NCBI RefSeq assembly: GCF_000150275.1
Contig: NW_002060970.1
Location: forward strand, 84,197-148,196
Direction: 5' to 3'
Length of the DNA stretch: 64,000 nucleotides
From: Trichoplax adhaerens
Taxonomy: Eukaryota > Animalia > Placozoa
Positions 50,536-62,022 of the stretch are shown here, piece after piece (position 1 is the first letter of the stretch; each line of letters opens with the position of its first letter). The notes beneath the pieces were generated by a model. The model searched no databases. It worked only from the letters and a program-made list of their open reading frames with translations, and had not been told where the DNA came from. A program made the translations under genes and the position numbers.

Positions 50536-52159
50536 ATGCAAAGATACCTCCAATTTGTGGATCGCTATTTTACTCCCTTGTATCAATTAAGTAAGTCATA
50601 ATCACGCTTCTATTCAGCTGTCTTGACGTGCACGAGTATCATGGAATGCTCATGAATGATATGAAAATAAAATGAAAAATCACTGCAAAGTGACATCTTT
50701 CGTACTGTATCATGCAATACTGTCATGGCTGACCTTGCAATGGATGCCTATTGCGATCATTGTCAACGTTCAATGTGTGTAGTCTTAGTAGTAAGTCAAT
50801 GCTGTAAGCTTGCCCAATAATTTGCAACGCAATAGGGTCATGTTGCACTTGAAATTCATTTCTTTCGTCGTCATTGTATACTATATGGTCAATTAGTGCA
50901 GGCCAAGATTCTTGACTTGCTTAGTTTATGATGGAGGAACTACGGTTAGATGGCATGATATATGAATAAATGGATTCCAATAGGATAACCCGATCAACTC
51001 CGCACACTATTCTGCTAATTTTATAGCATTTGTTAGACTTGCACCATATCTCTCAATGTCTTATTCATTGGATAGAAATGCCTTCTTTTTGGACTGCTTG
51101 TAGAACAGTACAGTATCACCAAAGGCAATACATTCCTATCCTTATTCATTATTGTTATTATATTATATTAATTACAATTATAGATGTAAAAGGCAAAGCC
51201 TTAGAAGATCACCTAATTTTACAGCATAGCAATAGGTATGTTCAGTATCCAAGATGGTTATAAATAGACCATGCACAACATACCAGGATATGTATAAATT
51301 CAGCACTGTATCTACAAATATTCCATGCTTGGATAGAAAGTAAGGCAATGCCTATTTTATTTCTATATTCTTCAAGAATATGTATCGTTGCTGTTGCTCC
51401 ATCGCATGCCATGTTTCAATGCCGCAGAAAGATTACCAATGTCGATTTTCAAGTGACATCAAAACTGAATCGTTTAGATAATAAAGTATCAGGAAAGAGA
51501 AAACGTTAGTCAGTTGTCAATTCCTCTTGACAATCCGTACCAATTGATTTGATTTCCATACATATCAATTTCTACGGTCTTTATAGCCTTATTCTCGAGC
51601 ATGGAATATGCCCGTATTGCAATACATTAATACCATCATGTGCTATCAAATTTGAATATTATCTTACAGGTGGAGCTCAAATGGTCAATGAAACTTCTCC
51701 TCTGTGTCACATTACTTGTGATGATGGAAGCAAGTATACTATTAGTAGGTAAAACACGTATTGCATAATGCTTGTAGAGCGATTACAGGACATTTTAAAT
51801 ACAAACAAGAATTCATCTTCGGATAACGATTTCTTTATTATCATTTTATAGTTGCGTCAAAGGCAAACTTATTGAAATTAATGAATTATTAATAGAAAAT
51901 CCAGATCTACTTGCAGAAAAGGTTCGATAACCAGCATTGATACTCATAGCCATTCATAATGGTGATTAAAATCAGGCTAAAATATTAACCTAATGTTGGC
52001 TTTTCTCTCTATCATTAGCCATGTACTGAAGGCTTCATCGCTGTAATCTTGCCTCGTAAAGTCAATCGCGACAAAAATGGTGATGACCCTATACTAGGTG
52101 ATGGCTTTCTTAGTAAAGAAAGTTATTGTAAAGCCATTGCTGATAGAGTGTCTGACTGA
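50536..52159 (+). CDS. ABITRAM: Actin-binding transcription modulator (Simiate / FAM206A)
   Basis: Six exons 50536-50590, 51184-51235, 51378-51504, 51670-51747, 51852-51921, 52019-52159. They encode FVDRYFT...[27 protein letters not shown]...NRLDNKVSGKRKRGAQ...CVKGKLIEINE...KPCTEGFIAVILP, all ABITRAM hallmark motifs. Confidence 0.95.
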
Positions 52160-52558
52160 AATATTTCAAATGTCAATTCGCCATTTTTAATTGCATACAC
52201 CTAAAGTCAAATGATTCGTATCGATTTCATTGACTTATTGTAAATACTGTACGTGTCGGATTTCGTTCCATAAAGATATTAGATGCTGTAAAAAAAACTG
52301 CGGTGAAACTGATTTTTTAGCGACGTTATAAACGTTTATTTAAAAAACGTAGCCTACATTGAAGCTAAATAGTAATGACAGTATCAGCTACTAATGCCTA
52401 AATTCTGATGAATCCATAAGCATTCAAGAAATAAATTGTGATATTACCCTTCAATGGAGGTTTTCCAATTGAGTTCGTTATTAATTATAATCATCATCAC
52501 GTTTCCACTATCCTCAACATAGTTAATGAAATATGCATGCACTTTAGACAGAAATAAA

Positions 52559-55176
52559 TTATTGTCCTGATGGAGATATTCTTTTACATAGCTCATCGAT
52601 TAAATCATCAATTCCATCGGAAACAACCAACCCTTGCATGGACACATCATCAATAAAGCCGGATGTAGCGGCATTTTCTGCCTACATCACATCAATAATT
52701 AATCCTCAATTACTTGACAGCAAAATCTGCTATATTAAATATCTGTGATGCTCAACTGCAATTATTATAATAGATGCCTTACCCATTTAAGAAAATGGTC
52801 ATAATATCCTTTCATATTAAATAAACCCACTGGCTTCGAATGTTTTCTAATACGAAAACTACAGCAATGGCATTGAACAAATTTAATGAAACACAAAACA
52901 GTGGCTAGTTTTATGACATTTGTGCACTGTAATTATAAGATATAATTTCAATCAAGTATCATTTATTAGCTACCCATGCTTGTTACTCATAAAATCATCT
53001 TACCCGGTCCAAATGTCAGTGACTTCATCAACGGTGCCAATGCCTCCAGGTAAGGCAATAAATGCGTCTGACTATTTTATGGAATTGCGATTTAGTATCC
53101 ACAAAGGTAAACGATGTTCATTAGCCCGGTACCATAATAATAATACAAGTGCATTATACATTCCAAGAATGTTATATTAGCAATTACACAAGAGTATTCC
53201 TAAAAACTATTTGATACCAGCAGCATTTACCTTTTCAAACATAATCTTTTTTCGTTCGTAAAAATTGGGGACAATAATGGTTTCGCCGACTGCATTACGA
53301 TGCCTCGAACCTACAGTAAAACGTTTGCATGCATCCAATGATGTGAATAAGAAACTCTCAAGCATAATGTTAACGGTACTTTTAGCAAGGGCGGTCGCTA
53401 ACAAGGGCTCTAGCATTCATGGTTGATATTCGGCAAGTTGCCCTCTATCGTTACAAAGCTTACAATAATGTAGAACGATTCCAAAATTGCAGCATACTTT
53501 CTACATTCATACGGAGTAGCTATTGCTTTCTAAACTGTAATGCTATTGCAATCGAAAGAACTAACCTTCAAAAAAATCGGGTATAACACCAGTAATATGA
53601 CCACCTCCTTCAGCAACGCCGTTGGCTACAGCTCCCATTAAGCCCAAATTGCCACCACCATATACTAAATCAATTTTCCTAGCAGCTAATCGTGCTCCTA
53701 ACTCTGTAAGAATGTTTGCATATTATTAATAACTCCTTATCACCCTGCTTTTATTAGTAGATGTGTTTATGCTAAAGAATCCCATATTTTTATAGTTTAC
53801 TTTTTCGTTCATAGCTGCATTAGGACAATCCTCCAGTTCTGTCAATATCTACATATAGTATTTTACTATTATAAGGAAATTAATTGATAGGTTTAACAAG
53901 TATTTATGATTTTTTTGGTTGGCATGGGAGCTGAAATAGTTGGATTATCACAACTATGCTAGAACAGCACCAATCATACAAAGATTAATTCTAAATCACT
54001 GCAACACACTAAGCATACAGAATAGGCATAGATCAGGGAAGTACTTACAATTATCAAAGCATTCTAATCTTACACTATTTATTTAGTCATATATCGATTA
54101 AATTTTCTATTTCTTAGCCTACTTGCAACTGTTACATTTCTGTATGCACGACCTTCTCTGTATACCTAATGTACTTTACTTAGAATGAAAGTAATTGAAT
54201 CTACGCGTATGATCAGTATGAAAGTAATTATATTCTAGGTCAATTTTTGATACTATTTTTCCAGAATCGTTCGTAAGTCTAGAAATAACACTGTTTTTAT
54301 ATTTACTTATATGTACGAACTACTGCAGAACTACTGTAGTTGACACAAGGAATGTGTAGTGTAGGAAAAATACGTTCTATGGTGCGACTCCCGATTATAT
54401 CATCGTAAGTAAGATGGCAGCGTTAGACTTGAGTAGACCAGTGGTATCAGAGATTCTATTTAGGCAGTAGGATAGATGAGTACTGCGAGTGGATCATTTT
54501 CGAGATGATCGCTATACCTTTACGTGAGAATACAGGGAGCTTCGGAAGTTGGCATCAGTCTGTATCAGTAACTCGTTATGATAAATCTGGAGTAAGATGA
54601 CAATCATAACTAACCTGAGGTCTCTCACTCTGAAAAGCAATACTCCATATTGAGCTGGATAAGGAAATTGGCAGATTAAAAGAAATTTGACTAGGGAGAA
54701 TCATTCAATTTGTTCAATATCTTTATCAATACGCTATCATGAAGGATAACATAAGGCTGACTCCTCTTGAAGGGAGCAGAGTCTGAAATCTAAGATGTCG
54801 CTGTGTGAATCTTATGTTTTATACGTTTAGGGCTACTGTAACTTTCAACCCTGATTTTAAGCAATAAACTGTTGTTATCTGCTACCGTTAGGAGCTGTTT
54901 ATTTGAGTTGCAGCTGCATAGCAAGGATAGAAATAGTACTTTACTACACAATGTTACTTTACATTCTGCCGCTGTAGCAAAGTCGACCTCAAAGCGCTTT
55001 ATTTGCCTGATCAACAGCTCCATCTTGCAGACTCATCCAGTACTCGTACATGTAACTCATTCACTGGCGGTAAACCCATTCACAACAGGCTCGCACATAT
55101 AAAACTAACCTTTGGCTAATCTCATATAAGATTCATCATTACCAGGCAAGCTACCACAATAAACGGCAAATTTCAT
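52559..55176 (-). CDS. LOG: LOG (LONELY GUY) family nucleoside 5'-monophosphate phosphoribohydrolase, type-I-like, 183 aa
   Basis: Six exons 55176-55110, 53703-53566, 53310-53231, 53071-53004, 52858-52783, 52681-52559 with consistent phases. Protein: MKFAVYCGSLPG...LVYGGGNLGLMGAVA......GG...GVIP...FYERKKIMFEKSDAFIALPGGIGTVDE...HSKPVGLFNMKGYYD, including the PGGxGTxxE signature and the catalytic R of ERK. Confidence 0.93.
54130..54843. mobile_element. Probable solo-LTR-like insertion in the first coding intron of LOG
   Basis: TGTTAC...GTAACT with flanks TGCAAC/TTCAAC; accounts for half of this unusually long intron. Single copy in the window. Confidence 0.6.
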
Positions 55177-55594
55177 GTTGGAATTGATATAACCAGCTGA
55201 CTCAATGTAGCGAAAATTCTTTTGCAGTCTTTTGCAGCAGCGATGCAGCGATGGCAACAGCAGAATGATCTAGTACGGTACTTACCGCCTCGTGTCTGTC
55301 TGTCTGGATATCTGTACAGTCTTCATTGACCAGTTTGACCACCTGCACATTCTATGACAAGATTTCATTTTGCTGGTCATTTCAACTGAAACGCATACCT
55401 GAAGCAATACGTTAGACTATCGGCAAATTGCCATCCAAATTAGATGCTTGGTGGATTTTGTTAATGATAGTTTTGATTTGGGTGCATTATTTTGCACTGA
55501 ACGGCCATTTCTCGTCGTCTCTTGTTCGACAGTAGTAGGCCCCGATGGTACGAGTATAGCATACTGCATTTATAATATATTGTAAATATACCAT

Positions 55595-56538
55595 TGTGAC
55601 AGTGTTATATAGAGTAGTCGAGTAGAAATATCTATGTTAGGATAATTTTGTTAGCCTACCCTTATTTACTTAACTTCTAATTTTGGATATATTGAGTTGG
55701 AATGTAGCACTGGCTTTTTAAGACAGTGACATATTGTGACGGTGTTATCTCACCATTTGAATAGATTTACGTAATCTTAGCTAATATGGTAGAACTGATG
55801 ATAACTTGATGTTGTTGTTTACTAATTACTGTCGATATATGACCATGTTATGTTAAATGGATTGTTTAACAGTAATAAAGATTATTATGACTTAATAGAA
55901 TAATCTCATATTATCTCTTAGTCGTAATCATGTGTAAAGAGGTATCCAAGTTGTTCTTGTCGTTGTTATGTTCGATTATCATCGAGCCTTATAAAAGCGA
56001 GTGCGCTGCGCAAAAGGCTCTAGTTGTTGTAGTTCTCCAGTTTGCAAGTCGTCTTTACGTAAAATAAAAGGGCGTTTAAGTCATAAGTTTGCTTAAGGAC
56101 TTATATCTTGCGTTTCCTTGCCACAAACAATTCCGGTTTGTGACACATATATGCAGTACATATACTGAAATTAAGAGTTACTAGTGCAAACTCCCGTCGC
56201 TTTACTGACGGTTTACGATAATGTGCTCATTTAACAGAGGTTCAGTAACTTTATACCGTACCGTGTAGACCTGTCAGAGGTTCAGTAACTTTATACCGTG
56301 TACTGTGTACTTTATCAACTATTGAAGAAGAGTATATAAATGCAGTATATCATGTGAAATAATTAATTCTGAAGCTTAGTGTTTATCGTAAAATACGAGG
56401 CGTCTAAGTCTTTGCGTAGTCTACCAGTAGGCCAAAAGTGTTCCTGATAATGCAGATATCCATTCCTCGATACGTGGTCAACAAATGGACTTATTGATCA
56501 TACATTACGTTATCTTATTGCAAAGTTGTTTTGCGACA
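55595..56538 (+). mobile_element. Solo-LTR-like element, family A variant, hosting a nested family B element
   Basis: TGTGAC...GCGACA, TSD ACCAT/ACCAT. The 5' and 3' thirds align with family A. Confidence 0.9.
55735..56145 (+). mobile_element. Nested solo-LTR-like element, family B
   Basis: TGTGAC...GTGACA, TSD CATAT/CATAT, near-identical to 34199-34622 apart from scattered substitutions and one indel of about 12 nt. Confidence 0.93.
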
Positions 56539-56669
56539 ACCATATATGTAGGTTTTATAATACAGTTCCGAAACAGTCATAGACCAAAGTCGTCAAGAAT
56601 CGACAGACTGTAGGGTCAAAATCTGCAATTTTTCAAGATTCTGAAATAGGAGTATGGCCGGTAGTTGGT

Positions 56670-57840
56670 GATAGAACCCAATGCATAGATATTTCGTACA
56701 CTCGTTTTACTGAATACCCTATTTCAATATCCTAATAATTAATCGTTATGATAGTAGGATGCGCATATATGAGTGGAAGTAATAAGCATAAAGAGAACCT
56801 GAACTCGGCAATGGTTGCGAGCCTTGATACACGTGTATTTTAGTCAGTGCGATCTCAACAATAATGATCCAACGTTAGACGTTTTTGTAAAATGTCCCGC
56901 GAAAGATGATAGATACATTTGTGTCTAAACACATGTACATTAATGCATTAAATCTCTTAACTGAGTAGCCTATTTCAGTATCCTGGTAAGGGAAATTAGA
57001 TAAAGCGTATGGAATTGTCGATAATTTATATTCAACGTTAAACGTTCTAGTAAAATTATCCCTGTGATATAATATATATCGGTATTTAAACCCACCTACT
57101 ATACAATGTACATAAACAGTACATCTTTATACTGAGTAAGTTAGACATGTTATTCTCCTCTTACTCTCTGGGACTCAAACTCGTTACAAGCCCCAGCTTT
57201 TACTCCCAGCAAGATAATGTGCAAATCTTAGAACTTTAAAATTACCTTTTATTCACGCACCCTTATTTCGGAAGTAGCTTAGTAATTCCAATTTCTACAA
57301 ACGTGATCACTCACAACGTTATGATTCTAAAAGAACTGTTCCTTGTGCTAGTGCACGAGTCTATTTATCTCTTAGTTACGCGATTCTCAGTCGAAACAGC
57401 TGGTCCTGAGCTATACCCATATACAATATCATACGTCGTACTTTACAATTACAACAAGACATTTTGTAAAATATCCTTGTGATGGATGATATACATCCGT
57501 GTCTAAACCCATCTACGTAACCTCGTACATCTTTTTACTGAGTATCCTAATTCAGTATCCTATTAAGGGAAGATACATAAATGCGGAACTGTCGATAATT
57601 CATACAACGTTAAACGTTTTGTAAAATGTCCCCGAGATGGATGCTATACAGCCATGTCAAAGCCCATTTACACAGGCGGTATATCTTTTTACCGAGTAGC
57701 CTATTTCAGTGACTTTTTAATTAAGGGAAAATATATACTGCATGAGGAACTATCGATGATTTATACAACGTTAGACATTTTGGTAAAATATTCACGTGAT
57801 GAATGATATATATCCGTGTCTAAAGATATCTACATATACA
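56670..57840. repeat. Degenerate tandem repeat with a unit of about 160 bp, 5-6 copies
   Basis: Recurring aacgtta(g/a)ac..tt.gtaaaa..tccc..ga.ggatgata...gtgtctaaa...actgagta.cctatttcagt at about 56871, 57034, 57139 (split by the insert), 57607 and 57767. Confidence 0.85.
57148..57456. mobile_element. Short (309 bp) TG...CA element inserted into the tandem repeat array
   Basis: TGTT...AACA, perfect TSD AGACA/AGACA; splits one satellite unit at gttagaca|ttttgtaaaa. Confidence 0.85.
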
Positions 57841-58805
57841 ATATATCTATACTCGTGTATACGCGTAATAAAAATAATTAAAGAGATTGATAAAAGGAGA
57901 TTTACAGCAGACATTTATAAAATATTATCATGATTGATAAATATAGCTTCTTGCTTAAATTACCTCATGGAAAACTACCATTTGTTCCGACTTCTGTGCG
58001 AAAGTTTACGGTAATTCGTGAACAAGGAAATTTGCGGTTGAATTTAAAGTTTGTGTACTAAGGTAATCTTAAAGCTCATGTTTTGCTAAATATTTGAACT
58101 ATGCAGTAAGTAAGACCTTAAGAAGGCTTTGGATGGTGATAACTTTACTATTTTACAACTATTTCAAGCCAAAATTTGTCACCGGGTCCCTAATTCATAT
58201 AGCTGATGTTTGTCTATTTAAACTGATTTCCTTTGGACAGCAATTATATCTTAAACACAAAGACAGACGGATACAGAATGGCTAATTTCTTAAATCAGAA
58301 TCATTTATCCAAGATATTCCTTAAAGGTTATCGTAACCATAATATCAGCAAACCTAGAACTAGTAATAAGACCTTATATCGGAATAAGAACCTTTAATAA
58401 ACAAAAATTTTTTGATATCAATGCGTTATTAGTCTGAATAAACGTGGCTGCTGACATTTGCTGACTTTCCCATAGACTTATGATACAATTAACATACTCT
58501 TTAGCTCATACAAATAATGTGGAAGTAGACCTGGGTAATAAACACACGGTGGAAGCGTAATGAAAAGATTTTAAATATTATATCGGCCTTTATTAGTAGA
58601 AATCATGGTAAGAATCTACATACTGCACGTTATCTAAATCTTAGTTAATTTTATAGCGTTTAATAACTGAATTTTATCTCCTAATAAGAACGCGTGCGGC
58701 AAAAATTTCACCTGAAGCTGACTTCAAGATTTCGATCATACTATGATAATAAAAACAAAAACAATACAGGTGAAATAGAAAGAACACAAATTTTTTTTGT
58801 TACTA

Positions 58806-59912
58806 TTATAAACAACGAAAACGTTTTCGAACAGCCCTAAAATTGTCTTGAGATAGGAATATGATCGGAATAACAACACAATCTGCATGTAACATAATAA
58901 CCAAAATATACTCATAGAATAAATTTATTTTCAAGATACCGGATAAACTAAGTGCAATCAACGTCGATACACAAACATAGCAAATAAAAAATATTAAGCA
59001 GATAATAACTAATCGAATAATAATTTTGATATCAGCAGCATTGGTTTTGTTGACTAGTGGATTTGTTGACCGAGATAACTGATCGATAATTCGCCTTCGG
59101 GCTTTACGAACAATTTGAAATATTTTGGAATAATAGTGGCATACTAAACAAATTGGAACGGCAAAATAAAGTATAGTAAGTAAAATGTTATAAGTAAAAT
59201 GCCATGGTTGTACTCTTCTCATATCATCAAATAATGAGCAGCTACCAATAATGCCATTGTAGACAAATTTTCCCCAAACATCACCAATGGAGGGAGCCAA
59301 AGTTAAGATTGGTAGTACCCACGTAATAATGATAATGAAAGATACTTTACGAAAGAGTATAAACCACTTTGATCTAGGACGACGGGATACGCAGCAGTAT
59401 TGAATAATAGCTAAACTAGTTAGCGTTAAAACATTTGTCATATTGAATGCAATCGATGAGCCACCAAGTAACCGACAACTGAAGCTATTGCTGTGAAAAA
59501 TTTGAAAGGATGATGTCGTATAACGAAAGATGACTTTGATGGTCCTAGGAAATCAGTAAGATTAAAATTAATAATGCAATCAGAAAAGAACAATTGGAAA
59601 TTTTCTCATAGATGAAACAAATAAGAAATAAAGATCTTGACTTCCAGATAAGAATACATTTTGCCTGAAGATGAATACGACAGGAGATAGACTATCTACT
59701 TACTCTATGATCATAAATCCTAAATCAGAGATTGCCAAATTAAGGATAAGCCAATCGGTTGGAGTAATTTTGCTTTGTTGATTGGTTTTGCTTAAAATCA
59801 GTAATGCGTTACAGAACAGTGAAGCAATAAGAATAATCGACATTAAAACCAATGCGCCAGTGCTATTAGAAATTAAAAGTGGATAGGTGATATTCGATAA
59901 ATTGTGGGCCAT
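58806..59912 (-). CDS. Divergent rhodopsin-class (class A) GPCR, two exons, about 315 aa; loosely moody/Tre1/melatonin-receptor-like
   Basis: Exon 59912-59704 (N-glyc sites, TM1 with N, TM2 ILNLAISDL) splices in phase 2 to 59544-58806 (TM3 C...LAIIQY, TM4 W, ECL2 WGKFVYNGIIGSC, TM5 FAVP....YY..IF, TM6-7, helix 8 NFR). Confidence 0.88.
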
Positions 59913-62022
59913 GATCTGCCTTTTCTTGAAGTAACTCTTCTATAAAAAGATCAAAGTTGAAACCGTTGCTTTAGCTCAATTTTGCTCACCGCCAGCAGGT
60001 AATGGGTAAGAAAGTTATAAAATTAAGCTATTCCAGTAGATAATACAATCAGTAATAGTGTGAAATAGTAGGCAGATTTCTAGTCTTTCCTTCCTTTTAT
60101 ATACAACTACGTGATGTTTTTGAGATAGCTTTCAAATGATGCCAATTGGTTTACTTGGAAATAATACTGAATTCATCTAAGTAATTCGAATCCAATTTAA
60201 ATCTGGTATTGACATGATGTCCTCAATGTTATTTTACTATTTAATCTTGCTATTGTTATTTAACTTTACGTTTAATAATCCTTATTGATTACTTCATGAT
60301 ACTGTCTTGATGGGACTGCTTTAAATGACGTCTTAGCTGTTGCCACTGTTATTACGGCTGTCAACGCCGCTACTAAATGAGGGGCTAGTCAATAACTTTC
60401 AAATTTCTCAATATTACAAATCGTTAATTTTTTTGTATAATATCTGAATTCGCAACAATCACTGCGTTCTTATTCGAAAGCTGTTAATTAAAGGATATGA
60501 CGATAACTCATCTAATATCGACACACTTTCTTATAAATATTACTAATAACTTTGGAAATACCGAAAGACCACCTTCGAATACAATGTTATGTCTTATTGA
60601 AAGCGAAACCGGGCACAACTGATATTTAGGCTTTGACTAACATCACTTACATTAAGGTATTTATATCTATGAGTAAGTGAGATAATGAAGCAAGAATTAT
60701 GTCTTTCAAAGGAGTGCAAAGGAATATTGCTTTAATAGTGATGTTAAACAATAGCTGGTGGTATAAGCGTAGGTAAACTGCAGCATTTTGTGATTGCAAT
60801 ATTAGGATAACAATAATTCAATTAACCAATATTTATTGCAACTCCCAGTTATTAACTTCTGATACATAAACAATAGTTTTGTCAATATAGAATAAATCTA
60901 ATTTTCCATTAGATTTCTAACTGATACTGGCTAACTTTCTATCACTTAGTGATCATTCTGTCACCTGAGTTAATTCATCTGTGAATTAAGTCTAAATAAT
61001 ATATTGTCAAAAATTAGATGTTTAACAATGAACAATACTAAAAGAATTTATTAGAAAATCTATCATTTTCCTTTAGAGGTAAACAGAAGACAATTAGCAG
61101 AATAGATCTTTCATTGTCATAAATATTAACTTTACTGCCTATCAAAATTTTAATTATTTTTCGAATAACAAAATTCAGACAGTTTATCCGACTCTTTTTT
61201 TAAATTAGATTTTTTCAGGTAAAAATGCTTGAGGATTTTATAATTTAGAACGACAATAACAATAAACAGGAACTAATCAATTCCATACAACGCATTGGAT
61301 TAACGTAATATTACTGCATTTGTTTTTGTAATTCTATTCATCATTTCCCGATTTACACGAATATCTGGAAGTTTACAATTCTTGTTTAAGTTAGGCTTAC
61401 ATTTTAAACACCTTTTTACTTTAATTTTACCTATGGAGTAATAATATGTATTAATAAAATTATTTACTATCTCGTGGATTGAAGTCTCTATAATAATTTA
61501 TTTCAGAAGTAAAATTTTCTATTATGAATTGCACTACTATTTGCATTCATTCCCTAATGATTATAATAGATTATATTATCTAAATAAGAGTATAGTCTAC
61601 TAGTGCGACGTTATATGGCTAGGTAGGTATGAAAAATAAAGAATTAAATCATTTATTGTATTATTTCTTTACGGCCAAAAACTATGTACAGTATTTCATA
61701 GCTTTCACTCCTAACTATGAGCACGAAATTGGATTATATACGTTTGAGATATTAGTATCAATCAGTTAGTATAATTAAATGACCTCATTTTATCTAATTA
61801 TTCTGGCAAAAATATCTAAAATGAAATCTTAAAGGTCAACAAGGATATGTATCATGTTAAGATTCTTTCTGCAATTCTCTATATCAATTAATTAGGAGAT
61901 TCTCATTTTTTTCATGGCAAGTTTAGTAGTCTTGGTTTTACCATAGAAACTGATCCATCCTGTTATAATCTTAAAGTGAGTCTTAAAATTTGGAATCGTA
62001 TCAGCACTTGCATAAACACGGT

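Noticed and set aside
50408-50590. ORF MGNYTT...LLPCIN as ABITRAM exon 1
   Set aside because: Wrong frame. The conserved VDRYFT motif is in the frame starting at ATG 50536.
52559-55176. LOG as bacterial contamination or as a lysine decarboxylase
   Set aside because: It has five canonical introns and contiguous animal neighbours. Lysine decarboxylase is a known mis-annotation of the LOG family.
56670-57840. Possible CRISPR-like array
   Set aside because: Units are homologous along their whole length with no unique spacers, the context is eukaryotic, and no cas genes are present.
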